Shown here: piece after piece, positions 1 through 13,109 of the stretch
How positions within the stretch are numbered: the stretch's first letter is position 1
How the letters are laid out: each line of letters begins with the position of its first letter
DNA from: a virus
Lineage: Duplodnaviria > Heunggongvirae > Uroviricota > Caudoviricetes
Strand: one strand, 5' to 3'
DNA: 40,446 nucleotides
Virus record (IMG/VR): IMGVR_UViG_2630968766_000009
Made by a program: the position numbers and the translations under genes
Notes under the pieces: model-generated
Databases searched by the model: none
What the model was told of the DNA's origin: nothing
What the model saw: the letters and a program-made list of their open reading frames with translations, nothing else

Positions 1-636
1 TGCCGCATTCGTTTCTGACGTTTTCGCCGCACCGGCACTGGTGGCCGCCGCGCTTTTTGAGGACTCAGCAGCGGCAGCACTTTTTGATGCTTCAGTGGCC
101 TTTGTTGATGCCGTTCCTGCGCTGGAAGACGCTGACTGAGCCGACGACGCGGCCTGTCCGGCTGACGTGCTGGCTGCGCGTGCTGAGCCTGCAGCATCAG
201 TCGCACGGGTTGCCGCCTCACGGGCAGATGTGCTGGCATCGCTGGCTGACTTCTTTGCGGCTGCCGTGTTCTGTGCCACCGCGGACGCGTTACGCGCCAC
301 CTCTTCCACCATCAGTTCAAAACGACGCAGTGCCTCCGGACGGGCATCATCCTCCGTCATGGCACCGAGAAAATCATTCAGCGTACCGGGTTGAGAATCT
401 TCATACACGGTGATGGTCCCGGCATGTGACGGCGGGAATCCCTCCACCAACAGAATAACGCTGTACTGACCGTACTCAACGTCCATGCTGTAACGCCCGG
501 CTTCATCCGGATTTTCTGAGGCCAGCGTGTTCACCACCACCGTGGTACTGTTACGTTTTGCTTTCAGCTGGATTGTGCAGTTCTGTACCGGTTTTCCTGT
601 GCCGTCTTTCAGTACACCTGAAATCTTTACTGCCAT
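1..636 (-). CDS. stf: Side tail fiber protein Stf, N-terminal 212 codons (3' end runs off the window start)
   Basis: Manual translation of the minus strand from the ATG at 634-636 gives MAVKISGVLKDGTGKPVQNCTIQLKAKRNSTTVVVNT... followed by an Ala/Ser-rich tract, matching the remembered N-terminus of lambda Stf (orf-401). Not in the ORF track because it is truncated. Confidence 0.8.
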   Translation of the reverse strand, partial: MAVKISGVLKDGTGKPVQNCTIQLKAKRNSTTVVVNTLASENPDEAGRYSMDVEYGQYSVILLVEGFPPSHAGTITVYEDSQPGTLNDFLGAMTEDDARPEALRRFELMVEEVARNASAVAQNTAAAKKSASDASTSAREAATRATDAAGSARAASTSAGQAASSAQSASSSAGTASTKATEASKSAAAAESSKSAAATSAGAAKTSETNAA

Positions 637-647
637 ATTCACCCCAC

Positions 648-673
648 AAAAAAGCCCGCCTGAACCGGCGGGC
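648..673 (-). terminator. Intrinsic terminator downstream of lom
   Basis: Inverted repeat gcccgcc/ggcgggc (654-660 and 667-673) followed on the minus strand by a T6 run (648-653). Confidence 0.5.
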
Positions 674-700
674 TGTCATAACGCTGTGTTACCTGGCTAA

Positions 701-1300
701 TCAGAATTTATAACCAACACCCACGATGAACCCGTCAGTGCGCCAGTCACCACTGCCGGAACCTTCATAAGCGACATCAATGGCCACGGATTCGGTCGGG
801 TTAAACTGCACGCCAGCCCCCCACGCCAGAGACGTGTTGCTGTGGCGACCGTCAACACTTCCGGTCAGCACATCGTGCGTTTTCCCCTTGTTGTCAGTTA
901 CGCGAAGGTAATCCCCGGAAAAAGTCGAAACACGGCTGTAAGCCATACCCGCCATCGCATACGCGCTGAACCATTCATTCACGCGCACAGACGGCCCCGC
1001 CATCACGCTGAACCAGCGGTTACGCACGGAATCTTCATGCCAGCGGGTATCGCTGTAACGGGTCAGCTGGCGATTCTTGTCTCCTGCATAGCTGAATGAC
1101 GTCACCAGCCCCAGCGTATCCGTAAACTCATAACGGTATTTCACGTTAATCCCGTTCAGATCATCACTGCCGGGAACGTTGGTCCGGGCATGAAGATACC
1201 CCGCGCTCAGCGTGGACTGATGTTCAGATGCCCATGCAGGCGCACCGGATACGGCCAGACAAATGGCTGCGGACAAAATGGCGGCATAAAGTTTACGCAT
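701..1300 (-). CDS. lom: Outer membrane protein Lom (Ail/Lom family)
   Basis: 199-aa ORF with a signal peptide (MRKLYAAILSAAICLAVSGAPAWA) and a beta-barrel-like C-terminus ending in F; sits in the lambda lom position between J and stf. Confidence 0.9.
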   Translation of the reverse strand: MRKLYAAILSAAICLAVSGAPAWASEHQSTLSAGYLHARTNVPGSDDLNGINVKYRYEFTDTLGLVTSFSYAGDKNRQLTRYSDTRWHEDSVRNRWFSVMAGPSVRVNEWFSAYAMAGMAYSRVSTFSGDYLRVTDNKGKTHDVLTGSVDGRHSNTSLAWGAGVQFNPTESVAIDVAYEGSGSGDWRTDGFIVGVGYKF

Positions 1301-1324
1301 AATTACCTCTCGCTTTTCTGCAAT

Positions 1325-1348
1325 AAAAAAGGCGTCATTTCTGACGCC
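1325..1348 (-). terminator. Intrinsic terminator downstream of J
   Basis: Hairpin ggcgtca-tttc-tgacgcc (1331-1348) followed on the minus strand by T6 (1325-1330). Confidence 0.45.
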
Positions 1349-1366
1349 CGTTCTGGGTTATAAAAT

Positions 1367-4768
<3,402 letters not shown>

Positions 4769-4825
4769 TCATGCTCCATAAACGATAAAACCGCCCGGAG
4801 GCGGTTTCACATAAAACATTTTGCA

Positions 4826-5497
4826 TCAGCGACCAATCACCACAACCTGACCACCGTCCCCTTCGTCTGCCGTGCTGATCTCCTGAGAAACCACGCGTGA
4901 CCCCACGCGCATTTCACCGTACAGAACCGGCAGAACATTGCCCTGGGCAACCATGTTATCCAGTGAGGAGAAATAGGTGTTTTGTTTGCCGTTATCCGTT
5001 GTCTGTGTACGGGGAGTTCTGGCTTTCGGTGCCAGCATTTGCGCCACACCACCGAGCACCATACTGGCACCGAGAGAAAACAGGATGCCGGTCATACCAC
5101 CGGCCCCAATGGCTGCCCCCCATGCTGCAAGGGTGGCTCCGGCGGTAAAGAATGATCCGGCAATGGCGGCAGCCCCCAGGACAATCTGGAATACGCCACC
5201 TGACTTGGCCCCGGCGACTCTGGGAACAATATGAATCACAGCGCCATCAGGCAGAGTCTCATGTAACTGCGCCGTTAACCCGGACGTGCTGACGTCCCGC
5301 CCGGCAATCCGTACCTGATACCAGCCGTCGCTCAGTTTCTGACGAAACGCCGGGAGCTGTGTGGCCAGTGCGCGGATGGCTTCGGCCCCCGTTTTCACAC
5401 GAAGGTCGATGCGGCGGCCAAATCGTTGTAAATCCCCGTAAAGGCAGATGCGTGCCATGCCCGGTGACGCCAGAGGGAGTGTGTGCGTCGCTGCCAT
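4826..5497 (-). CDS. I: Tail assembly protein I
   Basis: 223-aa ORF beginning MAATHTLPLASPGMARICLYGDLQRFGRR, matching remembered lambda gpI. Confidence 0.9.
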   Translation of the reverse strand: MAATHTLPLASPGMARICLYGDLQRFGRRIDLRVKTGAEAIRALATQLPAFRQKLSDGWYQVRIAGRDVSTSGLTAQLHETLPDGAVIHIVPRVAGAKSGGVFQIVLGAAAIAGSFFTAGATLAAWGAAIGAGGMTGILFSLGASMVLGGVAQMLAPKARTPRTQTTDNGKQNTYFSSLDNMVAQGNVLPVLYGEMRVGSRVVSQEISTADEGDGGQVVVIGR

Positions 5498-6138
5498 TTG
5501 TCGGTATACCTCTCTCGTTTACTCAGTTGTTCAGGAATATGGTGCAGCAGCTCGCCGTCACCACAGTAAATGGCGGCATGATTCGGCACCGATGAACCAA
5601 AACAGCACAGCAGCACATCGCCCGGTTGTGCTGATGACAACGGCACCTGATACAGCCCTGTGGCCTCCAGATTATCCAGATAGAGATTCTGACCGTTACG
5701 CCACCAGTCATCCTCACGATGAAAATCCGGCATCTCAATCCCCGCCAGATGATAAGCATCCCGGAACAGCGTGTAACAGTCCGTCACCCCGTGCTCAAAG
5801 CGCCGCCCGGTGAGATGCGGCACACAGCGGAACTTGTGAATCGCCCCCCGGCAGACCAGCCACCACGGCAAATCACTCTGCACCTGCAGCCGCCGGTCGG
5901 CCTCACTCAGCCAGGGCAGACCACCGGGGTGGCTGTGGACCAGCGCCACAATCTCACCCTGCATTTCTGCCTGCAGCCAGTCCTCCGGCGACATCCGGAA
6001 ATACTTCTCCGGCTCACCGGAGATATTCACGCAGGGAAAATATCTTTCCCCCTCCGGCGTTCTCACCACGAAGCCGCACGACTCCGCTGGCGCACATCGT
6101 CGGGCGTGCGCCAGAATCGCTGATTCTGTCTGTGTCAT
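5395..6138 (-). CDS. K: Tail assembly protein K (NlpC/P60-like)
   Basis: ORF-track frame 5395-6213, trimmed to the ATG at 6136-6138 (MTQTESAILAHARRC...), which lies 4 nt after the L stop. Overlaps the start of I. Confidence 0.8.
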   Translation of the reverse strand: MTQTESAILAHARRCAPAESCGFVVRTPEGERYFPCVNISGEPEKYFRMSPEDWLQAEMQGEIVALVHSHPGGLPWLSEADRRLQVQSDLPWWLVCRGAIHKFRCVPHLTGRRFEHGVTDCYTLFRDAYHLAGIEMPDFHREDDWWRNGQNLYLDNLEATGLYQVPLSSAQPGDVLLCCFGSSVPNHAAIYCGDGELLHHIPEQLSKRERYTDKWQRRTHSLWRHRAWHASAFTGIYNDLAAASTFV

Positions 6139-6142
6139 GGGA

Positions 6143-6841
6143 TTACTGCGAAAGTTTGTTAATGGAAAGGAAGCCGCCAAAGTTGCCGACGTTATTGCGA
6201 AACTTACAACCACTCAGGCATTTGCTGCATTTATCCTTCGTGATATCGGACGTCGGCTGGTCATATTCATCAGCGACAGCCGGACCGTGATAACCGCACT
6301 CATCACCGCGATAGGTCCAGGTGCAGGTGTTGGCCAGCATGATACGTCCCGGAAAAACAGCGCCGTCCGTTTCCGTCGGCGTGGACAGTACAAAAGAGGC
6401 ACTCACCGCGCTCAGTTCGCTGCACTGCTCAATGCGCCAGCGGCTGATCACCTCCTGCTCCGGATCGGCGTCACTGTTTCCGTTGACGAAGTTCACCGCA
6501 TCCAGAAAACGGGCGTAAACCTTACGCCGGACCACCGTTCCGCCGACCAGACTCTGCAGATCTTCCGCCATCCCGGTGACCATACCGTACAGGTTAGAAA
6601 CCGTCAGCGTGGGGCGCGTACTGGTGCCTTTGCCATTCAGTTCAAAACCACTCCCCTGAATGGGATACGGCTGATACTGTCGCCCCTGCCAGGTGACCGG
6701 CTCACCTTTTTCGTTCTGCTCATTACAGAAAAAATAACGTTCTCCACCGACCTCTGTCAGATCGATTTCCCAGAGCACCACGCTGGCCGACTGCTCCGCA
6801 CGGGTGCATTCATTCAGTGTTTCCTGCCGGATATCCTGCAT
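6143..6841 (-). CDS. L: Tail tip assembly protein L
   Basis: 232-aa ORF, lambda gpL length, in the expected position; its ATG overlaps the M stop. Confidence 0.9.
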   Translation of the reverse strand: MQDIRQETLNECTRAEQSASVVLWEIDLTEVGGERYFFCNEQNEKGEPVTWQGRQYQPYPIQGSGFELNGKGTSTRPTLTVSNLYGMVTGMAEDLQSLVGGTVVRRKVYARFLDAVNFVNGNSDADPEQEVISRWRIEQCSELSAVSASFVLSTPTETDGAVFPGRIMLANTCTWTYRGDECGYHGPAVADEYDQPTSDITKDKCSKCLSGCKFRNNVGNFGGFLSINKLSQ

Positions 6842-7170
6842 CAGTTCACCACCTGTTCAAACTCTGCGCTGAACTCAACACGCAGCATACTGACCCGCGA
6901 CGACCATTTTGCGCAGGTCACCTTTATCTGCCGCCACTCATAAGGCGGCGTCCACAGAAAGGATTTCCAGCCCCCGTGCTCAGCCAGAAACGACTCAAGC
7001 GCCGTGGCCTCCCAACGGGGAACAGAAAGCGTCACGCTGTACGTTTTCAGGTCGGCATTCAGCCCGGCAGGCGCTCGCTGAGAATAGCCATCACCAAAGC
7101 GCACCTTTCTTACGGAAGGGGCCGAAGCCACATCCATACCGGGTTTCACTTTCCAGCGGAAGGTTTTCAT
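6841..7170 (-). CDS. M: Tail tip protein M
   Basis: 109-aa ORF, lambda gpM length, coupled to H upstream. Confidence 0.9.
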   Translation of the reverse strand: MKTFRWKVKPGMDVASAPSVRKVRFGDGYSQRAPAGLNADLKTYSVTLSVPRWEATALESFLAEHGGWKSFLWTPPYEWRQIKVTCAKWSSRVSMLRVEFSAEFEQVVN

Positions 7171-9728
7171 CGTCCACCTCCGGAGAACAGACCACCATCG
7201 CGCATCTGCCCGGTCACAACATCCATTGCCGCCTTACGGGCTACGTCATAAACCGCCTTCAGCGCCTGTGGCCCTATCTGACCGTTCGTGCCGTCGTTGT
7301 TAATCACCACATGGTTATTCTGCTCAAACTTCCCGGACGCCTGCGAGCGGCTGTCCGCCATGCTGCCCGGTGTACCGACATAACCGCCGGTGGCATAGCC
7401 GCGCATCAGCCGGTAGAGATTCCCCACGCCAATCCGGCTGGTTGCCTCCTTAGTGAAGACAAATTCACCACGGTGAACAATCCCCGCTGGCTCATATTTG
7501 CCGCCGGTTCCCGTAAATCCTCCGGTCGCAAAATGGAATTTCGCCGCAGCTGCCTGAATGGCTGTACCGCCTGACGCTGATGCGCCGCCACCAACAGCCC
7601 CGCCAATGGCGCTGCCGATACTCCCGACAATCCCCACCATTGCCTGCTTAAGCAGAATTTCTGTCATCATGGACAGTACGGAACGGGTGAAGCTGCGCCA
7701 GTTCTGCTCACTGCCGGTCAGCATCGCCGCCATATTCTGTGCAATACCATCAAAGGTCTGCGTGGCTGCACTTTTAACCTGCGACATACTGTCCGTGGCG
7801 CTCTCTTCCCACTCACTCCAGCCGGACTTCAGGCCTGCCATCCAGCTCCCGCGAAGCTGGTCTTCAGCCGCCCAGGTCTTTTTCTGCTCTGACATGACGT
7901 TATTCAGCGCCAGCGGATTATCGCCATACTGTTCCTTCAGGCGCTGTTCCGTGGCTTCCCGTTCTGCCTGCCGGTCAGTCAGCCCCCGGCTTTTCGCATC
8001 AATGGCGGCCCGTTTTGCCCGTTGCTGCTGTGCGAATTTATCCGCCTGCTGCGCCAGCGCGTTCAGGCGCTCCTGATAGGTGACCTTGTCGCCAAGTGCA
8101 GCCAGCTGGCGTTTGTACTCCAGCGTCTCATCTTTATGCGCCAGCAGGGATTTCTCCTGTGCAGACAGCTGGCGACGTTGCGCCGCCTCCTCCAGTACCG
8201 CGAACTGACTCTCCGCCTTCCACAAATCCCGGCGCTGCTGGCTGATTTTCTCATTCGCTCCGGCATGCTTCTCCAGCGTCCGGAGTTCTGCCTGAAGCGT
8301 CAGCAGGGCAGCATGAGCACTGTCTTCCTGACGATCGCCCGCAGACACCTTCACGCCGGACTGTTTCGGCTTTTTCAGCGTCGCTTCATAATCCTTTTTC
8401 GCCGCCGCCATCAGCGTGTTGTAATCCGCCTGCAGGATTTTCCCGTCTTTCAGTGCCTTGTTCAGTTCTTCCTGACGGGCGGTATATTTCTCCAGCGGCG
8501 TCTGCAGCCGTTCGTAAGCCTTCTGCGCCTCTTCGGTATATTTCAGCCGTGACGCTTCGGTATCGCTCTGCTGCTGCGCATTTTTGTCCTGTTGAGTCTG
8601 CTGCTCAGCCTTCTTTCGGGCGGCTTCAAGCGCAAGACGGGCCTTTTCACGATCATCCCAGTAACGCGCCCGCGCTTCATCGTTAACAAAATAATCATCC
8701 TTGCGCAGATTCCAGATGTCGTCTGCTTTCTTAAACGCAGCCTCTGCCTTAATCAGCATCTCCTGCGCGGTATCAGGACGACCAATATCCAGCACCGCAT
8801 CCCACATGGATTTGAATGCCCGCGCTGTCCTCTCTGCCCAGGTCTCCAGCGTGCCCATGTTCTCTTTCAGGCGGCGGGTCTGGTCATCAAACCCCTTCGT
8901 TGCGGCCTCGTTCGCCGCCTGCAATGCCCCGGCTTCATCGCCGGAACGCTGCAACTGAGCAACATACGCAATCTGCTCCGCCGTCACGTTATGGAACTGG
9001 CGTGCCATCGCCGTCAGCCCCGACGTCGGGTCTGTGGTCAGCTTCCCGAAGGCTTCAGCGACCTTGTCCACCTCCACGCCGGATACAGAGGAGAAACGCG
9101 CCACACTCTGGCTGATGGACGCAATCTGAGCCTCACCGCTTACCCCCGCCTTGACCAGTGCGCTGAGTGACTCGCTGGTCTGGTTAAACGTCAGCCCTGC
9201 CGCCTGCCCGGCTCTGGACAGGACCAGCATACGATCTGCCGTCAGTCCCGCCTGATTGCCGGAAAGGACCAGCGTTTTGTTGAAATCGGACAGGGTTGAG
9301 TTGCCCTGATACCAGGCATACGCCAGCGCACCGGTCGCCACCGCCAGCGAGGTGGCCCCCACCATCGGCAGGGTGATCGCACCGGCAAGCCCCCGGAACA
9401 TGGGGATCATCCCGCCGAAGGAGTCCTTAACCTGACCACCCTGTTGCAGCAGGATCAGCCACGGACTTTGCCCGCCTGCAAGCTGCGTGGCCACGTCGGT
9501 GAACTGTGCAGGCAGCATACGCATGGCGGCTTTATACTGCCCGACGGAAATCCCCGCTTTCTGTGCAGCCAGCGCCTGTCGGCTCAGCGACTGTTCAACG
9601 ACTGCCGCTGTTTTTTTCGCATCACTTTCCGTACCGGAAAAATGACGCCTGACTCTGGCCATCTGCTCGTCAAATCTGGCCGCATCCAGACTCAAATCAA
9701 CGACCAGATCGCCTACCGGTTCAGCCAT
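7167..9728 (-). CDS. H: Tail tape measure protein H
   Basis: 853-aa ORF (lambda gpH length) with a coiled-coil-rich centre and a Gly-rich C-terminal part. Confidence 0.95.
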   Translation of the reverse strand: MAEPVGDLVVDLSLDAARFDEQMARVRRHFSGTESDAKKTAAVVEQSLSRQALAAQKAGISVGQYKAAMRMLPAQFTDVATQLAGGQSPWLILLQQGGQVKDSFGGMIPMFRGLAGAITLPMVGATSLAVATGALAYAWYQGNSTLSDFNKTLVLSGNQAGLTADRMLVLSRAGQAAGLTFNQTSESLSALVKAGVSGEAQIASISQSVARFSSVSGVEVDKVAEAFGKLTTDPTSGLTAMARQFHNVTAEQIAYVAQLQRSGDEAGALQAANEAATKGFDDQTRRLKENMGTLETWAERTARAFKSMWDAVLDIGRPDTAQEMLIKAEAAFKKADDIWNLRKDDYFVNDEARARYWDDREKARLALEAARKKAEQQTQQDKNAQQQSDTEASRLKYTEEAQKAYERLQTPLEKYTARQEELNKALKDGKILQADYNTLMAAAKKDYEATLKKPKQSGVKVSAGDRQEDSAHAALLTLQAELRTLEKHAGANEKISQQRRDLWKAESQFAVLEEAAQRRQLSAQEKSLLAHKDETLEYKRQLAALGDKVTYQERLNALAQQADKFAQQQRAKRAAIDAKSRGLTDRQAEREATEQRLKEQYGDNPLALNNVMSEQKKTWAAEDQLRGSWMAGLKSGWSEWEESATDSMSQVKSAATQTFDGIAQNMAAMLTGSEQNWRSFTRSVLSMMTEILLKQAMVGIVGSIGSAIGGAVGGGASASGGTAIQAAAAKFHFATGGFTGTGGKYEPAGIVHRGEFVFTKEATSRIGVGNLYRLMRGYATGGYVGTPGSMADSRSQASGKFEQNNHVVINNDGTNGQIGPQALKAVYDVARKAAMDVVTGQMRDGGLFSGGGR

Positions 9729-10155
9729 ACCGGACTCCTCCTGCGATCCCTTCTGATACTGTCATCAGCATTACGTCATCCTCCGTCATGTCCGCCACAT
9801 CCGGGGAAGCGGGGATAACTTCACTCCCGTCCGGGCCAAAGCGGACACCTCCGGCAAGCCCTGCCGCTTTCTGCATCAGCACATCATCTTCAGGCTCTTC
9901 GTCAGCCTCGCGCCGGTTCAGCAGACTGAAATCCAGCGGATGCATATCCGGATCGCTGAAAAACAGGCTGAGTACGGTGTACGTCAGCCCGGAAAAGTGC
10001 ATATCCAGCAGAACATCATGAAAATAATGGGTACTGTAAAAGCGGTGCCAGTCGGCATACTCCGTGGATGACATCCCGGCAAGCATGGCACGCCAGTCGG
10101 GTCGCCCCATCTCGCGCGCCAGTTTCAGGGCAAAACTCAGCTCACCGTCGAACAC
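9721..10155 (-). CDS. T: T-frame extension of tail assembly chaperone gpGT (made by -1 frameshift from G)
   Basis: 144-aa ORF overlapping the 3' end of G in the -1 frame; lambda gpT is expressed only as the G-T fusion. Confidence 0.8.
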   Translation of the reverse strand: MFDGELSFALKLAREMGRPDWRAMLAGMSSTEYADWHRFYSTHYFHDVLLDMHFSGLTYTVLSLFFSDPDMHPLDFSLLNRREADEEPEDDVLMQKAAGLAGGVRFGPDGSEVIPASPDVADMTEDDVMLMTVSEGIAGGVRYG

Positions 10156-10559
10156 TTTCCCGCAGAAACAGGCTCTGCGGGCCCGGCGTCCTCTGTCTGT
10201 TCAGGGGCATTATTCACCACAAACTCATACATACCAGACAGCCGGTACACCACGTTTTCAGCATGAGAAATTGCCTCCGTGGGCCAGGTGGTAAGCACTT
10301 CCTGCTCAATCTGTTTAACGGCTTCATTCATGGACGGCATCTGCGTCTTCTGCGGATGGTTATGCCACAGGGACATCGCCACCAGAAACGCGCCGGTTCT
10401 GATGGCGTCTTCCACAGTAAACTTCCGGTTGCTGTCTGACTCCGCCTGTTCTGCCTGCCGTTTCATCAGGGCGAGATGCTCAATGCGCTGCAGGGCTGAC
10501 AGTTCAGAAAGCGTGACGGTCACACCGTTATGTTCAAATGATTCGGTTTTCAGGAACAT
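10137..10559 (-). CDS. G: Tail assembly chaperone G
   Basis: 140-aa ORF (lambda gpG length) immediately downstream of V. Confidence 0.9.
   Translation of the reverse strand: MFLKTESFEHNGVTVTLSELSALQRIEHLALMKRQAEQAESDSNRKFTVEDAIRTGAFLVAMSLWHNHPQKTQMPSMNEAVKQIEQEVLTTWPTEAISHAENVVYRLSGMYEFVVNNAPEQTEDAGPAEPVSAGKCSTVS
10155..10161 (-). other. Programmed -1 ribosomal frameshift slippery site GGGAAAG (G to G-T)
   Basis: The minus strand reads GGGAAAG at 10161-10155, inside the G/T overlap, where the lambda slippery heptamer lies. Confidence 0.6.
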
Positions 10560-10574
10560 CGCTGACTCTCCGGA

Positions 10575-11315
10575 TTAACTGGCGGTGACGGTAATTTCTG
10601 CAACCGCAGCAAACTCACCATTACCGGATACAACCGGAATGTTGACCTTGCCTGCAGCAACGCCGTTCACGGTGATGGTCATACCACTGACCGACACGGT
10701 GGCTTTTGTTTTATCCGCAGACACCGCACGAAAGCTCTTGTCGGTTACGCCCTCCGGCTGGAAGGCCACGGTCAGCGTGGTGCTCTGCCCTTTCACCACC
10801 GAGGTGCTGGCAGGCGTCACGGTCATGCCGGTTGCCGCTGTTACCGTGCTGCGATCTTCTGCCATCGACGGACGTCCCACATTGGTGACTTTCACCGTGC
10901 GGGTGATCACTTCCTTCGCCGTCACCGCCTTACCGATACTGCTGACCCAGCCACGGAACACATCGACCGTGCCGTTCGGGAAGCGGATTTTATAGGCACG
11001 GGTATCGCCTTCATTAAACCACGCCAGCAGCGCCTGCTGCCCCTGCTCTCCGGGCATCCACGCCAGCGTGAAGCTGGTATCTCCGGCAGATTTCTGCCCC
11101 TGCCCGGTCGCAGTCCAGTCTGCATCTTCATCATCGAGATAGCTGTCGTCATAGGACTCAGCGGTCAGTTCGCCGGGCGTCAGGTCTTTAACTTTTGCCA
11201 GACGCGACCAGTCAACGTCTGAAAGCGGATTCGCATAAGGGTCACCGCTCCCCTTATAAACCCACAGGGTGGTCCCGGCACCTTTCACCGGCATTGTAGG
11301 ATTTGGTACAGGCAT
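10575..11315 (-). CDS. V: Major tail tube protein V
   Basis: ORF-track frame 10575-11345, trimmed to [22 protein letters not shown] (246 aa, lambda gpV length); C-terminal Ig-like region. Confidence 0.9.
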
Positions 11316-11322
11316 AGCGTCC

Positions 11323-11718
11323 TCACATTTCATAGGTAATGACATAAGTCAGATCGGCTGAACTCCACAGGCCCGCATCATCGTCGCGCCGGTAGTCATA
11401 GCCGCTGGCCACCATACTGGTGATCAAATCTGACAGTGCCGGGATATCGCTCATCACCGGATAAATCCGGGACTCCATCCACGCATCCAGCTCTGAATCC
11501 GGCACCTGAGCAGGCAGGAAAACTTCGATATGCAGCTCCGCCTGCCAGGTATCGCTGTCCAGCTCTTCGCCCGTGTATTCAGCGCCGGTGAGATAAACGG
11601 CAACTGCCGGAAAATCCGCCTCATCAAAAACAGCGGGGCGACCATCAAAAAACGTCGCCCCGGTGTCATGCTTCTCCAGTGCATCCAGTACGGCTGCACG
11701 GAGTTCAGTATGTTTCAT
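11323..11718 (-). CDS. U: Tail terminator protein U
   Basis: 131-aa ORF (lambda gpU length), its start overlapping the Z stop. Confidence 0.9.
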
Positions 11719-12293
11719 CGCTTTATTACCATCCTCAGTTGATGCTGCAGCGCATAGCCCAGCTCTTTCGGAAGACGTTCACGCCGTATCCGCTCAATAT
11801 TTTGTTTAAACGCCGTGGTCAGCGGCACCGCCATCGGGATTTTCACCACATCAATGGGGTAACGGTTTTTCCCGGCCACACGCTGCATGACATGCCACCG
11901 GCCATTTTTCAGTTGCTGAATAAACGCGCCGGGAATACGACGGTTACCCACCACAAGCACGCTGCCGCCACCTTTCAGGGATGAACGCTGCCCCTTTTTA
12001 CGACGCCTGCGGCGCGAAAGGACAACCCGCGCATTACCCAGCTTGATTACGGGCAAATCCCCCCGGTTAACTTTGATTCTGGCCTGCGGATTTTTGACCG
12101 TGGCCCTTTTCAGCCTGGCCCTTTCCTTTACCAGTTTCCGGCGTACCTTTGTCTCACGGGCAACCTGTGACGCCGACTGCGATATCGCGGATGAAGCAAC
12201 GCGGTTAATGGCCATTGCGGCGGCAGCGGGCACCGCCGTTCTGCTGATACGGCTGAGGTTTTCAACGGCCTGCTCAAGACCTTTTATGGCCAT
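11715..12293 (-). CDS. Z: Tail completion protein Z
   Basis: 192-aa ORF, lambda gpZ length and position. Confidence 0.9.
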   Translation of the reverse strand: MAIKGLEQAVENLSRISRTAVPAAAAMAINRVASSAISQSASQVARETKVRRKLVKERARLKRATVKNPQARIKVNRGDLPVIKLGNARVVLSRRRRRKKGQRSSLKGGGSVLVVGNRRIPGAFIQQLKNGRWHVMQRVAGKNRYPIDVVKIPMAVPLTTAFKQNIERIRRERLPKELGYALQHQLRMVIKR

Positions 12294-12304
12294 ACATCCC
12301 CCTT

Positions 12305-12658
12305 TCAGCGGCGACGGTTAACGGCAGGCGGTACGCCCCGTCCAAGCCAGAGATGACAGCTTCCACCATCATCCGGCGAAACCCGATCTACCCAGAAATT
12401 TTCCTCACCGATGGTCAGCGTGTCTCCACGCCGCAGCTGCCGCACCTCATCAGTCCGGACAAACAGGGACGGGCTGGAGCCTTCAACGCGCACGCCCTGT
12501 CCGGCATAGCTGATATTTTCAGGGTCATCAAAAACACCACGTATCACCGCACCTGACTGCTCACCGGATGTCATGGTGGCTGACGTTCCCATGTACCCGC
12601 GAATCGTTTCATCGGCGCGGGCAATGGCAGCATCGAACAGGTTATCGAAATCAGCCAC
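12305..12658 (-). CDS. FII: Head-tail connector protein FII
   Basis: 117-aa ORF, lambda gpFII length and position. Confidence 0.9.
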   Translation of the reverse strand: MADFDNLFDAAIARADETIRGYMGTSATMTSGEQSGAVIRGVFDDPENISYAGQGVRVEGSSPSLFVRTDEVRQLRRGDTLTIGEENFWVDRVSPDDGGSCHLWLGRGVPPAVNRRR

Positions 12659-12669
12659 AGCGCCTCCCG

Positions 12670-13068
12670 TTATTGCATTCTGGCCAGGCCGCGCTCTGTC
12701 ATTTCGGCTGCCACACCGGCAGAGACACGAAACGCCGTTCCCGGCAGCACAAATGCCACAGGTTCATCCCGCGTGGCGTGAAGTGCATCAGTATGCAGCT
12801 TCACCAGTGCCACGACCGTGACCAGTTCAGACGTATCCAGAATCACGGTATCCGGCTGCGCTGATCCCACCTCATTTTCATGTCCGGTCAGCACATTTTC
12901 CCGGCTGAGAGGGGTGTCCTGACCGGCAGTTTCATCCGTGTCATCAAGCTCCTCTTCCAGCTCTGCCACACGGAGCGCCAGTTCTTCTTTCGTCCCCGTC
13001 AGGCTGACATCACGGTTCATTTGTTCACCCAGCGAGCGGAGACGGGCAATCAGTTCATCTTTCGTCAT
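12670..13068 (-). CDS. FI: DNA packaging protein FI
   Basis: ORF-track frame trimmed to MTKDELIARLRSLGEQ... (132 aa, lambda gpFI length). Confidence 0.85.
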   Translation of the reverse strand: MTKDELIARLRSLGEQMNRDVSLTGTKEELALRVAELEEELDDTDETAGQDTPLSRENVLTGHENEVGSAQPDTVILDTSELVTVVALVKLHTDALHATRDEPVAFVLPGTAFRVSAGVAAEMTERGLARMQ

Positions 13069-13109
13069 GGACTCCTCCACAGAGAAACAATGGCCCCGAA
13101 GGGCCATGA

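Noticed and set aside
1-400. Ala/Ser/Thr-rich repetitive DNA, considered as a possible tandem repeat element
   Set aside because: It encodes the low-complexity Ala/Ser-rich N-terminal region of the side tail fiber and is not an independent repeat element.
57-413. Plus-strand ORFs of 118 and 75 aa at the window start
   Set aside because: They are antisense to the Stf N-terminal coding region, whose minus-strand translation matches lambda Stf.
5395-6213. Upstream extensions of ORF-track frames (for example K to 6213, C to 15987, V to 11345, cI to 32699, cro-like to 32630)
   Set aside because: The ORF track uses the most upstream ATG, GTG or TTG. Starts were trimmed to codons with an RBS and/or agreement with lambda protein N-termini; the extensions would overlap upstream genes extensively.
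7558-9170. Several plus-strand ORFs of 85-192 aa
   Set aside because: All are antisense within the tape measure gene H; Arg/Ser/Pro-rich translations typical of antisense GC-rich sequence.
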